Positions 59,412 through 64,000 of a stretch of 64,000 nt of DNA are shown piece by piece. The notes beneath the pieces were generated by a model that was not told the DNA's origin, did no database searches, and worked only from the letters and a program-made list of their open reading frames with translations. The DNA is taken from NCBI GenBank assembly GCA_965198225.1, contig CBDAOY010000007.1:768001-832000 (forward strand). Reading direction: 5' to 3'. Position 1 is the stretch's first letter; each line of letters opens with the position of its first letter. The position numbers and the translations under genes are program-made. Source of the DNA: Terriglobia bacterium (GTDB lineage Bacteria; Acidobacteriota; Terriglobia; 20CM-2-55-15).

Positions 59412-61335
59412 TCAGGTAATCTGTGGCCACATCTGCAGACCGACGGGGAGAATCACCGTGAACGTGCTCCCGAGGCCGACCTCGCTCGAAACCGATATCT
59501 CCCCGCTGTGTTTCTGGATGATGTTGTAGCAGGCGACCAGTCCCAGGCTTGCCTTCACCCGGGAACCGGTTCGCGTGAAAGTCGGGTCGAAGAGATGCTC
59601 GATGCGATCGGCATGTATGCCGACCCCCGTGTCGGAAAATTCCAGTTCGACCCTGCCGCCCGTCCTCCGCGTACGAATCGTGATTCGACCCGGTCCCTCG
59701 ATCGCCTGGATCGCGTTGGTGAGCAGGTTCATGAAGACCTGGTTGATTTCGCTCGGGTAACAGGAGATCCGAGGCAGTTGACCGAACTCCCGCATGACTT
59801 CGATGCGACCTTGAAGTCGGTTTTCGAGAAGGGTCAGGGTCGTCTCGACTCCTTCGTGCACGTCGACCTGTTCGAAGACCGCGCCATCCAGCCTCGCGAA
59901 GCTCTTCAAACTGCCGACAACCTTCTCGATCCGGGCGATCGCCAGGTCGGTGGCGCGGCAGTTGTCACTCAGAGCCTCCAGGGAAGCCTGCAGCACCTGG
60001 CTATCGCGGATTTCTTCGATGCAGGGCCTCGACGACATCCTCTGTGCACTTCGCGGCCAGGTCAGTCGCGCTCGTGATCACTCCCAGCGGAGTGTTCAGC
60101 TCGTGGACGACACCGGCCACAATCCCGCCCAGGGCGGCCGACTTCTCCGACTGTACCAGTTGTGATTGCGTGGCCCGGAGTTCGTCGAGCAGCTCCTGTA
60201 GTTGCTGGTTCTTCTCCTTGAGCTCGACATTCTTAAGGCGGGCGATTTCGGTTTCGTGCTCGGATTTCTCGACCGCAAAGGTGATCTGGAGGTTTTTGAC
60301 CCTCGCGACGGCCTCTTCACCCATGACCTCTTCCTTGACCCGGTGAAATTCCTGGTGGTGCTTCAGCGCTGTTGCCGGATCTCCCTTCAATTCGTAAGCT
60401 CGCGACAGGGCTTGATGACACTGGTAAATCCGCGGTTTCGTCTTCACCTCCTGCGCGATTCGAAGGGCATCGTGCAGCGTCTCCAACGCTTCGTCCAGCT
60501 TCCCTTCGACCGTGGACAGTGCTCCCAGGTTCAACAGGCTGGTGCTTTCCGCCTGGCGGCTCCCGAGTTCTCGTCGGATTCCTAGACTCTTCTGGTGAAA
60601 CTCCCGGGCCTGATCGTATTCCTCGACATGTTGGTAGATCGTGCCCAGGTCGTTGAGGGCTCGGGCCTCTCCGCTCCTGTTGCCGGTTTCTTCGAAGATC
60701 CCGAGGGACTGCTGATGATACTCGACGGCTTCCTCGTAGTCGCACAGGGTCTGGTAGACCGTTCCGATGCCGCTGAGTGAACGAGCCTCGCCGACCCGCT
60801 CGTGGAGTTCCAGGAAGATCTCCAGGCTTCGACGGTGGTACCTCAGAGCACGTTCGTAGTCGCCGAGTTCGTGGTAGCCGGTGGCGATGCCGTAGACCGT
60901 CCAGGCCTCATCGCGGCGGTTTCCGACGGCCTGGTGGATCTTGAGGGCATCGAACGCGTTGCCCAGCGCCTTGTCGTAATCCCCCATGCTGAGCTGCACC
61001 TGCGCCAGGGCCCCGAGATTCCGGGCGCGCCCGCCCTTGTCGCCGAGCTTGTCGAACATCGGGAGCGCCTCGTAGAGTCGACGGAGCGCGGCATCGTAGT
61101 TCGACACCATCGTGTGGGCGAACCCGAGGGATTGCTTGCTGTACGCCAGGCCCTTTTCGTACCCGAGATCCTCGGACAGCTCGTGAGCCTCTCGGCTGAT
61201 CTCCAGGGCCCGACGGGGCTCCGCGGTTGCGACCTCCCGTGCCAGCTGGTTCAGCAGGTCGACGCGGTCGGTGCTGGCTTCGCCCTCCGTACCCAGCGAT
61301 TGAATCTGCAGCTCGATTTCCTCGATCTTGCTCAT
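59412..61335 (-). CDS. TPR-repeat sensor histidine kinase (frameshift near 60020)
   Basis: TPRs; QLVQSEK..AGVVHELNTP H-box; next frame NQVFMNLLTNA, DTGVG, FDPTFT, GSTF. Confidence 0.82.
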
Positions 61336-61395
61336 GTTCGTACCGTTCGGAGTTCCTTTCAGCAATTATGTCACAATGATGTGGACGCGGCGGAC

Positions 61396-61665
61396 CTGCA
61401 GCCTGTGGCGGAACTCTGCAGGGCCGCGTTACGAACGCCATCAGGCCATATGCGAGGCGCAGGGACGACGTCGATGCTCCCCATCGGGCAATGCGCGGCA
61501 GATGGCCCGATGCCGTCGTAACCCGTAGGGCGCAGGGGGGGGTCGGGCCCCAGGCTTTGTCGTTCGTCGGTCACGATGAAAAAGCATCGCTCCGCTCCTC
61601 TCTTCGCGCCTGAGACCCGAAGACCCCTGCGCGCGACCCTGCAGAGTTCCGCCACAGGCTGCTAG
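61396..61665. mobile_element. TAG-bounded structured element (MITE-like), subfamily 2, copy C
   Basis: TIR gcagcctgtggcggaactctgcaggg / ccctgcagagttccgccacaggctgc. Confidence 0.8.
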
Positions 61666-61682
61666 CCTTTGAGAGACATCCA

Positions 61683-64000
61683 ATGTTCCGACGGATCAGC
61701 GCCTTTCTGAAACTCCAGCCTTCCGAGGTGGCGATCACCTCGATGATGTTTCTCTACATTTTCGGCGTCCTGACGTTCTACTACATCCTGAAACCGATCC
61801 GTGCCGGCCTCTTTCTGCAGAATTTTCCGTCGAGCGATCTGCCGTACGCCTACATGCTGACTGCGCTGTTTGCCGGCACGATCGCCACGCTGGTGTTCCG
61901 GTTCGGACAGCGCGTATCGCTCCTCAGCCTGATGACCGTTACCAACCTGGGGATCATTGCGACTCTGATCTACTTTCGCTGGGCGATGACCCGGGAGGTC
62001 GGGTTTCTCCCCTACGCCTATTTCGTCTACGTGCAGATTGTGTCGGTTCTGGCGACGACCCAGTTTTGGCTATTGGCCGGGCGCGTCTATGACAGCCGGC
62101 AGGCAAAGCGTACCTATGGTCTGCTGGGCGCGGGGGCGATTTCAGGTGCGATGGCCGGCAGCCTTGTCCCCGGATTCCTTTCCGACCGGCTGTCGACGGA
62201 TTCCATGCTTTTGATCTGTATCGCGATCTGCATCGGGCTGATTCTGTTGAGTCATGCCGCCTGGAATCACCGCCGCCAGACCTCCGTCCGTCGAAGGGAT
62301 GAACGAAAAAGGGACGCTTCCCGCGATCGCATCGGCGGGCTCTGTCGGATGGTGTCTGGATCGCGTCATCTCCGCCTCATGGCAGCACTGATCATGCTCA
62401 CCCTCGTGGGCTCCCAACTGGCGGAGTGGCAGCTCAATGATGCCGTCCAGACCTACTATTCGGGTCTGGAACCGGTCGAGCAGGGACGGCAGATCAACGA
62501 GTTCTTCGGACGTTTCTATCTCGTCACCAATGTGCTGGGAATCGTTCTCCAGGTGTTCGCGACGGGCTTCGTCGTCCGTCATCTCGGAATTCTCGCCGGT
62601 GTACTCCTGCTTCCTGCGGGCCTTTTCGCCGGTGCCCTCGGCGTCGTTCTGTTGCCGGGGCTCGTGATGGCGACGGTGGCGCGCGGCAATGATGCGGCCC
62701 TGCGGTACTCGATGAACCGCACGAGTATGGAACTGCTCTACCTTCCGCTTTCGCCGACGATACGGGAACGCCTGAAAATTTTCGTCGATGTTTTCCTGGA
62801 TCGGCTCGGCCGCGCGCTCGCCGGCGTGCTCATCCTGGTGCTCACGAGCGCGTATCTGCCCTTCGGACTACGCGGGACTGCGTTGATGATCATGGTCGGG
62901 ACGGCGACCAGCATCGTAATCGCTTTTGCGGTGCGACGCACTTACGTGAATGAGTTTCGGCGTCAGCTCGAACGCAGTGAGGTGGATCTGTCGCAGATCA
63001 CGAACTTCGTCACAGACCCGGCTTCGGTTCAGATGCTCGTCGACGCTCTGGGAAGCCCGGAAGAGCGTCGGATTCGCTACGCGTTAAAACTGCTGCAGTC
63101 GACGAAAGGGATCGACTTTGCCGCCGAATTGCTGCCGCTGCTCAGCCATCCGTCGGCGATCGTCCGATGCGAAGCGGCCCGGACGCTGCCGGCGCTCGAC
63201 GACGATCTTGTTGAAACTGCAGAGCGGCTCTTGTCTGATGCGGCCGCCGAGGTCCGATTTGCTTCTCTGGACTATCTACTGACCCGATCGCAGCAGACCG
63301 GTCTCGATCGGCTCCACGAGATGCTCCGCCACGCCGACGAGCGAATCCGTGTGGCGGCGGCCTCATGGGCTGCGGAGCACGCTCCGCCCGACTTCAACGC
63401 CTCGACGGAAGTCGTGGAGTCCCTTCTGGCGAGGTCCGTCGCGTCCCGCATCGCCGGCGCGGAGCTGGCGAGCCGGCTCCCCGAGCCCGAAGCGGTTCGA
63501 GTCGTCACCGGGCTCCTGACGGCGGCCGAGCCCCAGGTTGCCGGAATGGCGGCGAGGACCGCCGCCTCTTTGGGGAAACTTGATCTGGTTGATGAGATCG
63601 TCCCGATGGTTGCGATTCCGGCGTTGCGGAAGGACATCAAGGCAGCGTTGTGCGCTTTTGGCCCACCTGTCGCCGAACGACTCGGGGCGATTCTCGGTGA
63701 AGAGCGAGCCGACGCGGCCCTCAGGAGGGAGATGCCGTGGGTCCTGGCACGCATCGGCGGAGCCTCCTCGGCGCGGCTGCTCGTAGCCGGCCTCGGGGCC
63801 GAAGACCGAATCCTGCGCTACAGGGTGGTCAAGGCTCTGAACCACCTGCACAACTCCGATCCGTCGCTTCCCCAACCCAGCCCCGCGATTGCGGAGCAGA
63901 TCCACCGGGAGACACGCCACTACTATGAGGCTGTGGTCGTCGCTCGAGCGCTCGACGACAACCCCGACGGACTGTTGGCGCGCGCCCTCCGTGAACGCCT
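61683..64000 (+). CDS. NTT/Npt transporter fused to HEAT repeats (partial, runs off window end)
   Basis: MFRRISAF..YYILKPIR..QFW..YDSRQAKRTYGLLGAGA..ELLYLP..KIFVD, then LLSHPSAIVR and LRYRVVKAL HEAT-like units. Confidence 0.82.
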   Translation, partial: MFRRISAFLKLQPSEVAITSMMFLYIFGVLTFYYILKPIRAGLFLQNFPSSDLPYAYMLTALFAGTIATLVFRFGQRVSLLSLMTVTNLGIIATLIYFRWAMTREVGFLPYAYFVYVQIVSVLATTQFWLLAGRVYDSRQAKRTYGLLGAGAISGAMAGSLVPGFLSDRLSTDSMLLICIAICIGLILLSHAAWNHRRQTSVRRRDERKRDASRDRIGGLCRMVSGSRHLRLMAALIMLTLVGSQLAEWQLNDAVQTYYSGLEPVEQGRQINEFFGRFYLVTNVLGIVLQVFATGFVVRHLGILAGVLLLPAGLFAGALGVVLLPGLVMATVARGNDAALRYSMNRTSMELLYLPLSPTIRERLKIFVDVFLDRLGRALAGVLILVLTSAYLPFGLRGTALMIMVGTATSIVIAFAVRRTYVNEFRRQLERSEVDLSQITNFVTDPASVQMLVDALGSPEERRIRYALKLLQSTKGIDFAAELLPLLSHPSAIVRCEAARTLPALDDDLVETAERLLSDAAAEVRFASLDYLLTRSQQTGLDRLHEMLRHADERIRVAAASWAAEHAPPDFNASTEVVESLLARSVASRIAGAELASRLPEPEAVRVVTGLLTAAEPQVAGMAARTAASLGKLDLVDEIVPMVAIPALRKDIKAALCAFGPPVAERLGAILGEERADAALRREMPWVLARIGGASSARLLVAGLGAEDRILRYRVVKALNHLHNSDPSLPQPSPAIAEQIHRETRHYYEAVVVARALDDNPDGLLARALRER

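Overview
A 64 kb GC-rich bacterial chromosomal window. The gene families suggest Acidobacteriota, probably a metagenome assembly (inference). It holds mostly housekeeping and metabolic genes: partial pilT, a DksA/TraR protein, glgC, ino1, pyk, sucCD, ndk, fbaB, xseA, a TtcA-family gene, an hcrCAB-like molybdoenzyme, hflKC, a ComDE-like decarboxylase with a cyclase, a stand-alone AceE-like E1, three NTT/Npt-family transporters (two fused to HEAT-like repeats), lactate permease, an S9 peptidase, a proline racemase, a Hanks kinase and a TPR histidine kinase. One intact IS4-family element has 15-bp TIRs and a 9-bp TSD. I saw no rRNA, tRNA or CRISPR. Best candidates for something new: (1) a redoxin whose TGA is followed by GAKN and an fdhF-like SECIS hairpin, probably a C-terminal selenocysteine; (2) four 270-290 bp TAG/CTAG-bounded non-coding elements with compensatory changes in several stems, plus two 25-bp collapsed scars; (3) an hcr-like enzyme with Gln at the catalytic Glu position; (4) an orphan E1 paired with a divergent HPPD/VOC-like protein; (5) a cluster of NTT-HEAT genes. 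Several local duplications and frameshifts look like consensus errors. All family assignments come from motif recognition by eye; no database searches were run.
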